Positions 9,640 to 19,002 of a stretch of 64,000 bases of DNA are shown in pieces (position 1 is the first letter of the stretch; each line of letters starts with the position of its first letter). Both the position numbers and the translations under genes were made by a program. Below the pieces are notes generated by a model. It was not told the origin of the DNA. It did not search any database and was given only the letters and a program-made list of their open reading frames with translations. Source of the stretch: an uncultured Ignavibacteria bacterium (lineage in GTDB: Bacteria; Bacteroidota; Ignavibacteria; Tepidaquicellales; OLB5); assembly GCA_963816535.1 (NCBI GenBank), contig CAWFKW010000003.1:510526-574525 (forward strand). The letters are read 5' to 3'.

Positions 9640-9680
9640 CTCGTGCTACGGCTTAAACTTTATCGTAGTCGTGGCACGAA
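9640..9680 (+). repeat. Solo copy of the 41-nt hairpin from the 88-bp array
   Basis: CTCGTGCTACGGC-TTAAACTTTATCGTA-GTCGTGGCACGAA, preceded by AATAGTAAATAATAAATAAG, which resembles the array's inter-hairpin segment. Confidence 0.85.
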
Positions 9681-9731
9681 TTTACAACAGACCGATTAAA
9701 TAAAAGAACAGACCTATGATATTGAAAACTT

Positions 9732-10283
9732 ATGAGCGAGAATGACTTAATAAAAATAATTAAAGCTCTTTCTTTAGCATCGCAAAAACACAGAAGGCAA
9801 AAACGAAGGAATAAGCAAAGCTATCCATACATTAATCATCCAATAGAAGTTGTGCGGCTATTGACCGAAGTCGGCGGAATTAACGATGCGGATATTATCT
9901 GCGCCGCGTTTCTGCACGACACGGTTGAAGATACGGATACGACCGCTGACGAAATTGAGAAGGAATTCGGAACCGCAGTAAAAGATTACGTAATGGAGCT
10001 GACTGACGATATGAGCCTGCCATCAAAGACGCGGAAGCAGAAACAGGTTGATACTGCTCCGCTTAGATCGCACGGCGCTAAGCTCATTAAGTTATGCGAT
10101 AAGATAAGCAACATAACCGATATTATTTATGACCCGCCTGTATTTTGGTCGCATCACCGCAGGCTGGAATACCTGGATTGGTCTGAAAAAGTTGTTAAAG
10201 GTATGCCGGGTACAAATGCTAACCTGGAAAAAATGTTCTTTGAAATACTGGAAAAAGGAAGGAAAATAATTACTAATGAATAA
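9732..10283 (+). CDS. HD-domain small alarmone hydrolase (RelA/SpoT hydrolase-like, Mesh1-type)
   Basis: 183 aa with HPIEVVRLL...AAFLHDTVEDT. Confidence 0.75.
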   Translation: MSENDLIKIIKALSLASQKHRRQKRRNKQSYPYINHPIEVVRLLTEVGGINDADIICAAFLHDTVEDTDTTADEIEKEFGTAVKDYVMELTDDMSLPSKTRKQKQVDTAPLRSHGAKLIKLCDKISNITDIIYDPPVFWSHHRRLEYLDWSEKVVKGMPGTNANLEKMFFEILEKGRKIITNE

Positions 10284-10309
10284 ACATATTTTTGTTATTC
10301 ATTACGCAC

Positions 10310-12847
10310 TTATTCATTGCCGAATTTTCTGACAAACCACTTCTTAACAAATTGCACCATTAACAGGTATATTAACACAATTACGGCTATATAAACATAC
10401 AATACAGCCGGAGGCGTCACGAACCCAAGGGCTTCTGCAATAGGCGAATACGGCAGAATAATTCCGACGGCAACTATAAACAGAGACATCAAAACAAGAT
10501 ATTTGCTTGGCCTGCTTTCGACAAACGGTTTCTTGTTAGTCCTGATTATATGTATAACCAAGGTCTGCGTTATTAACGATTCGAGGAACCAGCCGGTGTG
10601 GAACAATTCGGCTTTAGCCCGGAAAATAAAATAAAGAACGCCAAAAGTCGCGAAATCAAAAATAGAACTAATCGGGCCGATCATTGTAACGAATTTCCGA
10701 ATATAATCTACGTTCCAGGGCCTTGGGCTCTCAAGGTAATCAGGGTCTACTTTGTCCGTTGGAATAGCGGTTTGAGAAATATCATAAAGAAAATTATTCA
10801 GCAGAATTTGAATAGGAGTCATCGGCAAAAACGGAAGAAAAATACTCGCGCCCGTCATGCTGAACATATTGCCGAAGTTGGAGCTGGCGCCCATTTTAAT
10901 ATATTTTACAATATTGCCGAAAGTTTTTCTTCCTTCAATTACGCCGTTCTCCAGAACGAGCAAATCTTTTTCGAGCAGAATAATATCAGCCGATTCCTTC
11001 GCAATATCCATCGCGTTGTTGACCGATATTCCGACATCCGCGGCTTTCAAAGCGGGGGCGTCGTTAATTCCGTCGCCAAGATAGCCGACAATATGGTTAT
11101 TCTTATGTAATGTCCTTATTATCCTTTCTTTTTGCAGGGGATTGAGCCTTGCAAAAATATTTGTTCTTTTAACAAGTTCCTGAAGTTCAGGGTCGCTCAG
11201 TTTTTCAACGTCGCCGCCAACGGCAAGGCCTTTTATTTCGAGCCCAACTTCGCTGCAAATCTTTTTTGTGACCAGCTCGTTATCGCCGGTTAAAACCATT
11301 ACCTGTATTCCGGATTTATTCAGAGCGTTAATTGTTTCTTTTGTAGATGGCTTTGGAGGGTCAAGAAAGGCAACATAGCCTTTTAGAATAAGGTCCTTCT
11401 CGTCATCTTTGGAATAAGCAGGCTTGTCTTCTACGTCTTTATAGCCAATAGCCAGCACCCTGAAACCATCTGCGCTTAATGAATCAAATTCGTCTCTTAA
11501 ATCGGGCAGAACAAGATTCTCAATTTCGATTATTTCATCATCGACTTCAAAGCGGTCGCATCGGCTGAAAATTTCTTCCGGCGCTCCTTTTACTATAATC
11601 CTTCTCTTGCCGTCCATTTCGACGACGACCGACATAACCCTGCGCTCGAAGTCAAAAGGAATTTCGTCAATTTTCTTGCAGTCCTCTGTTGGAACCTCTG
11701 TATGCTTTAATATTGCCTTATCGAGAAGGTTTTTAAGCCCTGTTTGAAAATAGCTGTTAAAATATGCGAATCTCAGAACGTCTTCGCTTTCGCGCCTTAC
11801 AACGTCGCAATGCTTTTCTAAAACGACGTCATCCATTGTAAGCGTGCCGGTTTTATCGGTACAAAGAATATCCATCGCTCCGAAGTTCTGAATGGCGTTA
11901 AGTCTTTTTACAATAACTTTCTGACGCGACATCCTGATAGAGCCCTGTGAAAGATTAACAGCCACAAGCATAGGCAGCATTTCGGGGGTAAGACCCACGG
12001 CGACGGCTAGTGCAAAGAGGAATGCTTCAATCATGTTGCCTTTCAAAAGAGCGTTTATGGCAAAAATGGCTACGACAAGCACAATCATCAGCCGGATCAT
12101 CAGCCAGGTAAACTTCTTAATGCCTCTTTCAAAACCGGTTTCTTCGTTTGCGTTTACAAGCCGCTTTGATATTTCCCCGAATTTAGTATTTGGGCCGGTA
12201 GTAATTGCAAGCCCGAGCGCGCTTCCGCTGATAACGCTGGAACCCATGAATGCGATATTTGATAATTCAGAATCTGAACCTGATTTTACTGTTACGGGGT
12301 CGGGGAATTTTTCTACGGGAAAAGACTCGCCGGTTAGGGAAGACTGGTTGATAAATAAATCTTTGCATGAAAAAATCCGCAAGTCGGCGGGGATAATATC
12401 ACCGGCGGAAAGGTAAATTACATCGCCGGGAACAATTTCCCGGATCTTAATTTCTTTTTGGAGCCCGTCCCTGAAAACGGTTGCGGTAACCCGCACCATT
12501 TCCCTGAGCTTATCGGCTTCTTTGCCTGAACGGTATTCCTGAAAAAACGAGAGCAGCACGCTGAGCAGCACCATTGCGGAAACGAAAAGGCCGCCGATTG
12601 TATCATCGCTCAGGGTTATTGAAAAAACTCCGATAACTATCAGAACAATTACCAGAGGGTTTAGAAATTTTGAAAAAAATTGAACGAGTACGGTCCTTCT
12701 TTTTCTCTTTGCGGGTTCATTATACCCGAATTTCTCTACACGTTCTTCAGCTTCTGCGGTCGATAGCCCCTTTTCAGAACATCCGAATTTTTCGTACAGG
12801 TTCGTCATAGAACATGACGACAAATCAATATAAGATGAGGCTGTCAT
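10310..12847 (-). CDS. mgtA: Magnesium-translocating P-type ATPase
   Basis: 845 aa with DKTGTLT, TGDN, GDGINDAPAL and LTPEMLP. Confidence 0.85.
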   Translation of the reverse strand: MTASSYIDLSSCSMTNLYEKFGCSEKGLSTAEAEERVEKFGYNEPAKRKRRTVLVQFFSKFLNPLVIVLIVIGVFSITLSDDTIGGLFVSAMVLLSVLLSFFQEYRSGKEADKLREMVRVTATVFRDGLQKEIKIREIVPGDVIYLSAGDIIPADLRIFSCKDLFINQSSLTGESFPVEKFPDPVTVKSGSDSELSNIAFMGSSVISGSALGLAITTGPNTKFGEISKRLVNANEETGFERGIKKFTWLMIRLMIVLVVAIFAINALLKGNMIEAFLFALAVAVGLTPEMLPMLVAVNLSQGSIRMSRQKVIVKRLNAIQNFGAMDILCTDKTGTLTMDDVVLEKHCDVVRRESEDVLRFAYFNSYFQTGLKNLLDKAILKHTEVPTEDCKKIDEIPFDFERRVMSVVVEMDGKRRIIVKGAPEEIFSRCDRFEVDDEIIEIENLVLPDLRDEFDSLSADGFRVLAIGYKDVEDKPAYSKDDEKDLILKGYVAFLDPPKPSTKETINALNKSGIQVMVLTGDNELVTKKICSEVGLEIKGLAVGGDVEKLSDPELQELVKRTNIFARLNPLQKERIIRTLHKNNHIVGYLGDGINDAPALKAADVGISVNNAMDIAKESADIILLEKDLLVLENGVIEGRKTFGNIVKYIKMGASSNFGNMFSMTGASIFLPFLPMTPIQILLNNFLYDISQTAIPTDKVDPDYLESPRPWNVDYIRKFVTMIGPISSIFDFATFGVLYFIFRAKAELFHTGWFLESLITQTLVIHIIRTNKKPFVESRPSKYLVLMSLFIVAVGIILPYSPIAEALGFVTPPAVLYVYIAVIVLIYLLMVQFVKKWFVRKFGNE

Positions 12848-12876
12848 TTACCGTATTCTAATAGTTAAAGACTACA

Positions 12877-13173
12877 TTACTTCTTTTCTTTCCATTCTTT
12901 AAGCTTGTCATAGGAATATATGCCAGAGTTATGCCCGTCTTTCCAGAAAAGCTGTATGGCGTAGTTCCCAACCGCTTTAATATCAGATAGCGTAAGCTGT
13001 ACTGATGATAAAAGCGGGATATAAGATGCCGGCTTATCCTCTCTTTCTTTGAGGCACGCGGCGCAGGGGCAAAACTTCCTGAGGTTTGAAAGAGCCAGCA
13101 TGTTTTCGGAGCCGTCATCCCAAACTATGTACAGGAACCGTTTATCTTTTATAGAGATCTTTTTAGGAACCAT
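12877..13173 (-). CDS. DUF971-like small protein
   Basis: 98 aa (FLYIVWDDGSE...CPCAAC...IQLFWKDGHNSGIYSY). Preferred over the overlapping 12858..13118 ORF. Confidence 0.55.
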   Translation of the reverse strand: MVPKKISIKDKRFLYIVWDDGSENMLALSNLRKFCPCAACLKEREDKPASYIPLLSSVQLTLSDIKAVGNYAIQLFWKDGHNSGIYSYDKLKEWKEKK

Positions 13174-13179
13174 CTTGAT

Positions 13180-14190
13180 CTACAATCCCAAAAATTTCTC
13201 AGCTTCAAGCACGTCTTCTTCGCTGCCTATATAGAGCGGCGTCTTTTGATGAAGGTTGAGCGGCACGACGTCAAGTATCCGTTCGGCTCCTGTAGATGCC
13301 CGGCCCCCTGCCTGCTCCGCAATAAATGCCAGGGGATTTGCTTCATACAGCAAACGTAATTTCCCGTTCCTGTTCTTAGAATCAGCGGGGTACATGAATA
13401 TTCCGCCATACAGAAGGTTCCTGTGGAAATCAGCTACGAGCGACCCGACGTAACGCGAGCTGTAAGGCAGGCCGCGTTCTTTATCGACTGATTTTAGATA
13501 AGAGACGTAATCCTGAACGCCTTTTGACCACTTGGAAAAATTTCCTTCGTTTACGCTGTATGTTTTTGATTTCTTCGGCATCAAAATATTCTCGTGGAAA
13601 AGAAGGAACTCGCCTACGGTTGGATCGAGCGTAAATCCATGAACGCCCTGCCCCGTTGTGTATACCATGATGGTGCTGGAGCCGTAGAGAACGTATCCTC
13701 CAGCGACCTGCCTGGTGCCTTTCTGAAGGCAGTCCTCAAGCGTGCCCGGGCCGGACTCTGATATCCTGCGGTAGATTGAAAAGATAGTGCCTATGCTGAT
13801 ATTCGCGTCAATGTTAGAAGAGCCGTCCAGTGGGTCAAAATGAATGATGTACTTACTCATGTGCCTGCCGCCCATGTATTTTTCTTTCACAGGGATAAAA
13901 TCTTCGCTTTCTTCGGAAGCGATGGCGCACAGATGCCCGCTGGCTTCCATTGCCCTTACAAGCGCGTCGTGGGCGTAGATATCAAGCTTCTTTACCATTT
14001 CGCCGTGGACGTTTTCGGCGCCGGTAAAACCGAGAATATCTATTAGTCCGGCGCGGTTAACTTCAAGCGAAATCAGCTTACATGCGAGCGCTATATCTGC
14101 AAGCAGGTCCGATAACTGCCCAGTGGCGTTAGGAAATTTTCTTTCCTGCTCAATAATATGACGATAAAGTGTAACAAATTTTTTATTCAT
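13180..14190 (-). CDS. fbp: Fructose-1,6-bisphosphatase class 1
   Basis: DPLDGSSNID and the overall FBPase I pattern. I prefer the ATG at 14190 (MNKKF...) over the track's TTG at 14202. Confidence 0.9.
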   Translation of the reverse strand: MNKKFVTLYRHIIEQERKFPNATGQLSDLLADIALACKLISLEVNRAGLIDILGFTGAENVHGEMVKKLDIYAHDALVRAMEASGHLCAIASEESEDFIPVKEKYMGGRHMSKYIIHFDPLDGSSNIDANISIGTIFSIYRRISESGPGTLEDCLQKGTRQVAGGYVLYGSSTIMVYTTGQGVHGFTLDPTVGEFLLFHENILMPKKSKTYSVNEGNFSKWSKGVQDYVSYLKSVDKERGLPYSSRYVGSLVADFHRNLLYGGIFMYPADSKNRNGKLRLLYEANPLAFIAEQAGGRASTGAERILDVVPLNLHQKTPLYIGSEEDVLEAEKFLGL

Positions 14191-14317
14191 GTTATAAAAC
14201 AAAATTAGGGGCGAAATGAAGCAATCGCTTGTCTCATTGAATATCTGCGCCCTGTATTCAGGAAAAATCTTTTGCTCCTTTAGAGATCGCTTCGTCCCGA
14301 TGAATCGCGACTCGCAA

Positions 14318-15685
14318 TTAAAGAACTAACCTGACCGCATCCTGAATCGATTCAACCGGAATCAATTCTAAAATCCCGTTTGCTTTCAGGTTCTTCATGT
14401 TCCCTTTCGGAAGAACAATTTTCTTAAAACCAAGCTTAACAGCTTCCTGAATTCTGCGGTCAATAAAGCTTATGGTTCTTATCTCGCCGCTCAGCCCGAC
14501 CTCCCCGAGGACGATCATCTCCGGCTCCATCGATGTATCTTTAAAGCTGGAGCAAATACTCATTGCCGCGGCGAGATCGATAGAGGGCTCATCGATCTTT
14601 ATGCCGCCTGCAATGTTTACAAAGACATCAAACTTTGACAGATGTAAACCAATTTTCTTCTCCAGCACAGCCAGTAAAATAGCAAGCCGCTTATAATCAA
14701 ACCCGGTTGCGGTACGCTGCGGCACCGAGTATCCCGAAGAAGATACGAGCGCCTGGACTTCTATCAAAATGGGCCTTGTCCCTTCAATGCTGGCCGAAAC
14801 CGTGCTGCCCGAAATCCCGGAATTGCGCTGCGACAGAAAAACTTCCGAGGGATTCTTTACCTCAAGCAGGCCCGCGCCTGTCATTTCGAAAATTCCTATT
14901 TCATTTGTAGAGCCGAAACGGTTCTTGATAGCCCTGAGTATCCTGTATGCATGCGTTCTTTCTCCTTCGAACTGCAAGACTGTATCAACCATGTGTTCCA
15001 GAACTTTAGGGCCGGCAATAACGCCTTCCTTAGTTATATGCCCTATAAGGAAGAACGAAATATTTTTAGCTTTAGCAATCTGAATAATGGAGGCAGTTGA
15101 TTCCCTCAACTGCGAAACGCTCCCGGGGCTTGATTCCAGTTCGCCCCGGTAAATAGTCTGTATTGAATCTACAATTACTACATCAGGCTCAAGCTTATCT
15201 ATAACTGCAGCAATTATTTCAAGGCTGGTTTCCGAGAGTATATAGAATTCATCGTGTTCAAATCCAAGCCTTTCACATCTTAGCTTAATCTGTTTTTGAG
15301 ATTCTTCGCCGCTAACATATAGGATTGTATTGTTCTTTATCTTATCAGATAGCTGCATCATCAAAGTTGATTTGCCGATGCCGGGATCGCCGCCCACCAA
15401 AATTACAGAACCTGCGACAATTCCTCCGCCCAGCACTCTATCAAGCTCGCCTATGGATGTAGTAATTCTTTTATCTTCTCTTACATCAATATCTGATACC
15501 TTCGCAAGATTAGAAAGCTGGAGCAAAGCTGCGTCTTTTTTCCCCTTGTTCGTTTTGCGCTTATCCGAAAATACTATTTCTTCAACAAAAGTGTTCCAGT
15601 TGGAACACTCGGGACATTTGCCAAGCCATCTGACGGATGAATAGCCGCAATTCTGGCATATATATTTAGTGACAGTTTTTGACAT
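14318..15685 (-). CDS. radA: DNA repair protein RadA/Sms
   Basis: N-terminal zinc finger CQNCGYSSVRWLGKCPECSNW, Walker A GDPGIGKST, KNRFG motif and a Lon-like C-terminus. Confidence 0.95.
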   Translation of the reverse strand: MSKTVTKYICQNCGYSSVRWLGKCPECSNWNTFVEEIVFSDKRKTNKGKKDAALLQLSNLAKVSDIDVREDKRITTSIGELDRVLGGGIVAGSVILVGGDPGIGKSTLMMQLSDKIKNNTILYVSGEESQKQIKLRCERLGFEHDEFYILSETSLEIIAAVIDKLEPDVVIVDSIQTIYRGELESSPGSVSQLRESTASIIQIAKAKNISFFLIGHITKEGVIAGPKVLEHMVDTVLQFEGERTHAYRILRAIKNRFGSTNEIGIFEMTGAGLLEVKNPSEVFLSQRNSGISGSTVSASIEGTRPILIEVQALVSSSGYSVPQRTATGFDYKRLAILLAVLEKKIGLHLSKFDVFVNIAGGIKIDEPSIDLAAAMSICSSFKDTSMEPEMIVLGEVGLSGEIRTISFIDRRIQEAVKLGFKKIVLPKGNMKNLKANGILELIPVESIQDAVRLVL

Positions 15686-15730
15686 TATTGTATAACAAAA
15701 TTAACTATTTAAGAAAAGAATAACTAGATA

Positions 15731-15752
15731 ATTACTAATTACTAATGACTAA
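15731..15752 (+). repeat. Exact 22-mer ATTACTAATTACTAATGACTAA (copy 2 of 3)
   Basis: Identical to 5819-5840 and 57544-57565. It lies 46 bp from the radA start. Confidence 0.9.
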
Positions 15753-15796
15753 TTAGTAGCAACTTATTCTTGTTTTCCACCCTCTCCTGCCTCCCC

Positions 15797-15827
15797 TCTA
15801 CGAGTCTTCGACTCGAAGAGTCGTAGA
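15797..15827. repeat. Near-palindromic hairpin repeat, family E
   Basis: TCTACGAGTCTTCGACTCGAAGAGTCGTAGA. Related copies lie at 45397-45427, 4928-4969 and 5269-5300. Confidence 0.85.
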
Positions 15828-16066
15828 CCTCCCGGGGGAGACAAAATATATTTCATCGCCATGGCAGAAAATAGTGTGATTCTCTACCATTTACCAGCGC
15901 CACTTGCCGCTTTCCCCCGTTAAGAGGTAACAGATTAAATTTCGGAAAACCACATTTCCCCTGACAGAGGAAACACAAAGGGGTGGTAATCCCAACATTT
16001 TGAATTCCACCGCCTCCGGCGCCATTTTACAAAGGGTGCAAAAAATCAGGGTTAAAAATAAATTTC

Positions 16067-16084
16067 TTATAATTGTATATTTAA
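16067..16084 (+). repeat. Left direct repeat (putative att site)
   Basis: TTATAATTGTATATTTAA, identical to 29831-29848. Confidence 0.85.
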
Positions 16085-16127
16085 TATGCAAGTAAGTTAT
16101 TGAGTATTATAGATTAATTTTCTTTTG

Positions 16128-16146
16128 GGTAACATATGAGTAACAA
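16128..16146 (+). promoter_or_regulatory. Putative arm-type integrase binding repeats (left)
   Basis: GGGTAACA-TAT-GAGTAACAA, in the same orientation and word as the three copies at 29684-29718. Confidence 0.4.
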
Positions 16147-17120
16147 AAATACAAAATTGTCATTTCAACCTGTATATTGATCTAAATTATAGTTTCGGGA
16201 TGATCCAATACTGTAGATAGAGCGCACACGCAAAAGAGGGCTTTAGTGTTTTCCTATCATCTTTCTTGTTATCTAACCGCTTGATTTTTGGCTTTTCTCA
16301 TTCCGCAGATTTTTAAGGTCTGCTTCTTTTCGCTTTGCTGTTTGTTTCGCTTGCGGTTGCATACGCCCTTTTATTTTATTCCCGCCCTTGCGAATCCCCA
16401 GCCAAGTAGCATTTAATCGTGTTATCTGCCTCCACAGCGCCTTATTAGGCTCTGTGCCTGCCTTTCTCCCCTGTTTTAGACAGTATTGTCCCATAAAATT
16501 ATGTTTTGCTTCATTTTTTATTTGCTTTTCTTTTTTGGAAACTCATAGCATTCACTTTGTTCAGCACGGGCAAGCCCTATTCGGACAGTCCAAAAAATTC
16601 ATTTGCAAAAAATAAATTCGCCATTAAATCCTCCGCACAGTTTAACTGTGCAAGCTGAAGCCTGCTGAGAGAGTAAGAAAAAAAGTTTTGCCGTTCAAAT
16701 AGCCGATGTTCCTTCGGCGTGGTTGAGCCGCAGCGAAATTATGAGCAAGGCGAAACCTATGCGTTTCGAAACTTTTTTGATACGAACCGAAGCAGGTAAA
16801 GCACAAGCTGTTTATTGTACGTATCTCTTTCAATGGGTGGACGGTGTGCCGTTATAATGCGCTTTGAAAGTACGGCACATGAAAAACTTGATAATGACTG
16901 GTTAGTGGGCGGGTGGAATTCAGAAACAGGGTGAGCCTGTTAGCCTTTGATATGAATTAGTGAAACGAAGCGAAGTTTTATGCGTAGCGAGTTGAACCAA
17001 AAACAAATAAAGGCTAAGTGAAGACTTTAAATGCCGGATAACACGAGCGAACTCTTTATCATGCGCCATTTTTTAAGATATGCAGTTTGTGCTTAATTTT
17101 TATATAAAATCGAATAAGGT

Positions 17121-18212
17121 TTATAATTTATTAGCAATTTCAAGTAATTGTTGTTTTACTTTATCATTGCCATTTTTGAGCTTTCCTGAAAAATCAATAT
17201 TATTCAATATTTCTGATAACTTATTACTTGGGAAATTACCATAAGAACCAAATGTTGTTGATAGATTCTCATGTCCGAAGTTTTGGCTTACTGCATGTAA
17301 TTCTTCTCCATTTTTGCAAGATTTAAAAGCCAATGCTTTCGTTAAATGCCTGTATGCATGTGGTGGAAAATATTTCAATCCTGCCTCTTTTGCTCTTTTC
17401 ATAAATATTGTTCTCATTGACCCTGCGCCTTTCCAAAATATGGGCTCAACTTCAATTGCGGATTCAAAACTAATATTAATCTTATCTTGATTCACCTTTG
17501 ATCTGGGAAATACAGGATCATTTTCCTTGAAATCTTTTGATTTTAATATATCTATCCATTCTGACACATATTTATACAATTTTTCGTCAAATATGAAAAT
17601 AATGCTTTCAATATACTTAGTGAATTTTGTTTTTACACCTTTTAGAGGGTTTTGGTGAATTATTCTATTCTTGATATCAACGCAATTCATTGGCAGTGAA
17701 ACTATTGCAGCATCACGCATCCCAGTTAGTAATGTAAAAGCAATTAATGCCCGGTCTCTCTTATCTATTTCAGTTCGGCAATTAATGGAATCTGTTAATT
17801 TGATAACATAACGTAATTCCGGAAAAGCTCTGGGTACATTTTGGGTAGCCATTCTTTCTTCACTATGATTCATTTTAAGGTAACTTATGACATCTGGCCT
17901 AATGCTATTCCTGAAACCTGGCTGAGTACACAGCCAAGTAAAAAACTTTCTTAAATTTCTAATATATGCATGAAAAGTAACCAAACTTATAACTTTGTCC
18001 CTAAATTTTCTTTTCTTGAGCCATTCCTTAAATTCAATCATCCTATCGGGGTTGAATTTCTTATTAAATTTCTCATACTTGTTAAATTCCTCATAATTCA
18101 GAATGGCTTTATTTATGCAATCAATTGTGGATTCACTAAAGCCCTCTGCTCCTTTTAGATATTTGAAGTATTTTCTTTTTGTTTGTTCGTTTTTAAGATT
18201 CACATTTGACAT
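17121..18212 (-). CDS. Tyrosine recombinase / site-specific integrase (second copy in island)
   Basis: 363 aa. The catalytic C-terminus reads LLTGMRDAAI...PPHAYRHLTKA...GHENLSTTFGSYG (R..HxxR..H..Y pattern). Confidence 0.85.
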   Translation of the reverse strand: MSNVNLKNEQTKRKYFKYLKGAEGFSESTIDCINKAILNYEEFNKYEKFNKKFNPDRMIEFKEWLKKRKFRDKVISLVTFHAYIRNLRKFFTWLCTQPGFRNSIRPDVISYLKMNHSEERMATQNVPRAFPELRYVIKLTDSINCRTEIDKRDRALIAFTLLTGMRDAAIVSLPMNCVDIKNRIIHQNPLKGVKTKFTKYIESIIFIFDEKLYKYVSEWIDILKSKDFKENDPVFPRSKVNQDKINISFESAIEVEPIFWKGAGSMRTIFMKRAKEAGLKYFPPHAYRHLTKALAFKSCKNGEELHAVSQNFGHENLSTTFGSYGNFPSNKLSEILNNIDFSGKLKNGNDKVKQQLLEIANKL

Positions 18213-18717
18213 TTAATTTCTCCTCTTTTATGTCAGTGTTTAAGAAAGGATATCCAGTACCATTTAATACTTTATTATGCTCTTCAAACTTCATTCCATT
18301 TTTTATCATTTCATAAATAATTCTATCTGATGAAAATTTGAATAAAGAATTATTGCACACTGCACAGTTACCTTTAATAATTGCATGTTTGTATCGTTTA
18401 CCTAAATTTTTATCCGATATTATATAGGTGAGTTTATCCAATATGCTCTTTCTGGGAAGATGGCATTTTGTGCAGTAAAATTGATCTGGATTAAGGCAAT
18501 GTTTTTGCTTCTGCTTTCTGTCCTTCAAAAAGAGCCTGACATCTTGACCAAGTATTAAATATGGTGAAAGAGATCCTTCAATGACTTTTAAACCCTGTTT
18601 ACGCCAATCCTGGACGGTCCTAACATGTAAACCATAGACCTGCGCGATTTCTGTGAGGGTATAAGACCTCTTGGCTCTAATCAGATTAGGATTATATTTC
18701 CTTTTTTTCTTTGACAA
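18193..18717 (-). CDS. HTH plus Cys-rich (zinc-ribbon-like) protein, overlaps the integrase start by 20 nt
   Basis: 174 aa. HTH-like YTLTEIAQVYGLHVRTVQDWRKQG. Cysteines at CTKCH...CAVCN. Confidence 0.5.
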   Translation of the reverse strand: MSKKKRKYNPNLIRAKRSYTLTEIAQVYGLHVRTVQDWRKQGLKVIEGSLSPYLILGQDVRLFLKDRKQKQKHCLNPDQFYCTKCHLPRKSILDKLTYIISDKNLGKRYKHAIIKGNCAVCNNSLFKFSSDRIIYEMIKNGMKFEEHNKVLNGTGYPFLNTDIKEEKLNVKCES

Positions 18718-18726
18718 ATTAAACCG

Positions 18727-19002
18727 CTATTTAGCAAGGTATTTTGCAGCTTCTTTATCAATTTCAGCATTACTTTTTATGGGATTTCTGTAAACCCATT
18801 CATCAAGTTTTGCCTTGTCAAAGTATATTTTCTTGCCAAACGGTTTGTAATATGGTATTTTCCCTCCGGAGGTTAATTTATAAAGGTAGGATTTTGATAT
18901 TCCCAGATAATTACTTGCTTCATCAAAAGTGTAAGGTTTAGTTTTTTGAACTGTCAGTAGTTCTTCAATTCTTTCAAGTTTTTTTATTATTTCTTTAGTC
19001 AT
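18727..19002 (-). CDS. Excisionase-family HTH DNA-binding protein
   Basis: 91 aa. YTFDEASNYLGISKSYLYKLTSGGKIPYYKPFGKKIYFDKAKLDEW is typical of AlpA/Xis-type HTH proteins. Confidence 0.7.
   Translation of the reverse strand: MTKEIIKKLERIEELLTVQKTKPYTFDEASNYLGISKSYLYKLTSGGKIPYYKPFGKKIYFDKAKLDEWVYRNPIKSNAEIDKEAAKYLAK

Noticed and set aside
12848-12876. M-box (Mg2+) riboswitch upstream of mgtA.
   Set aside because: Only 29 nt separate mgtA from the upstream DUF971 gene. The 115-nt gap upstream of fbp also shows no M-box-like core.
15880-16066. tRNA or tmRNA gene as the integration target of the island.
   Set aside because: There is no GTTCGAATC-type T-loop with a 5-bp stem and no matching 7-bp acceptor stem. 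No tag-peptide reading frame or GGGG...ACCA ends are present. The 18-bp att core is pure AT-rich sequence next to the ispF start. It is kept only as a low-interest unassigned structure.
16273-16833. Track ORFs 16273..16494(-), 16388..16615(+) and 16642..16833(-) as island genes.
   Set aside because: They are short and mutually overlapping, with basic low-complexity or nonsense-like translations. None has a recognisable motif. The region is better described as non-coding or decayed.
16600-17060. Group II intron, retron or other RT-associated RNA.
   Set aside because: There is no reverse transcriptase ORF anywhere in the island. There is no GUGYG 5' end and no 34-nt domain V consensus. The TGTGCCGT...ACGGCACA stem has an 18-nt interior, unlike domain V.
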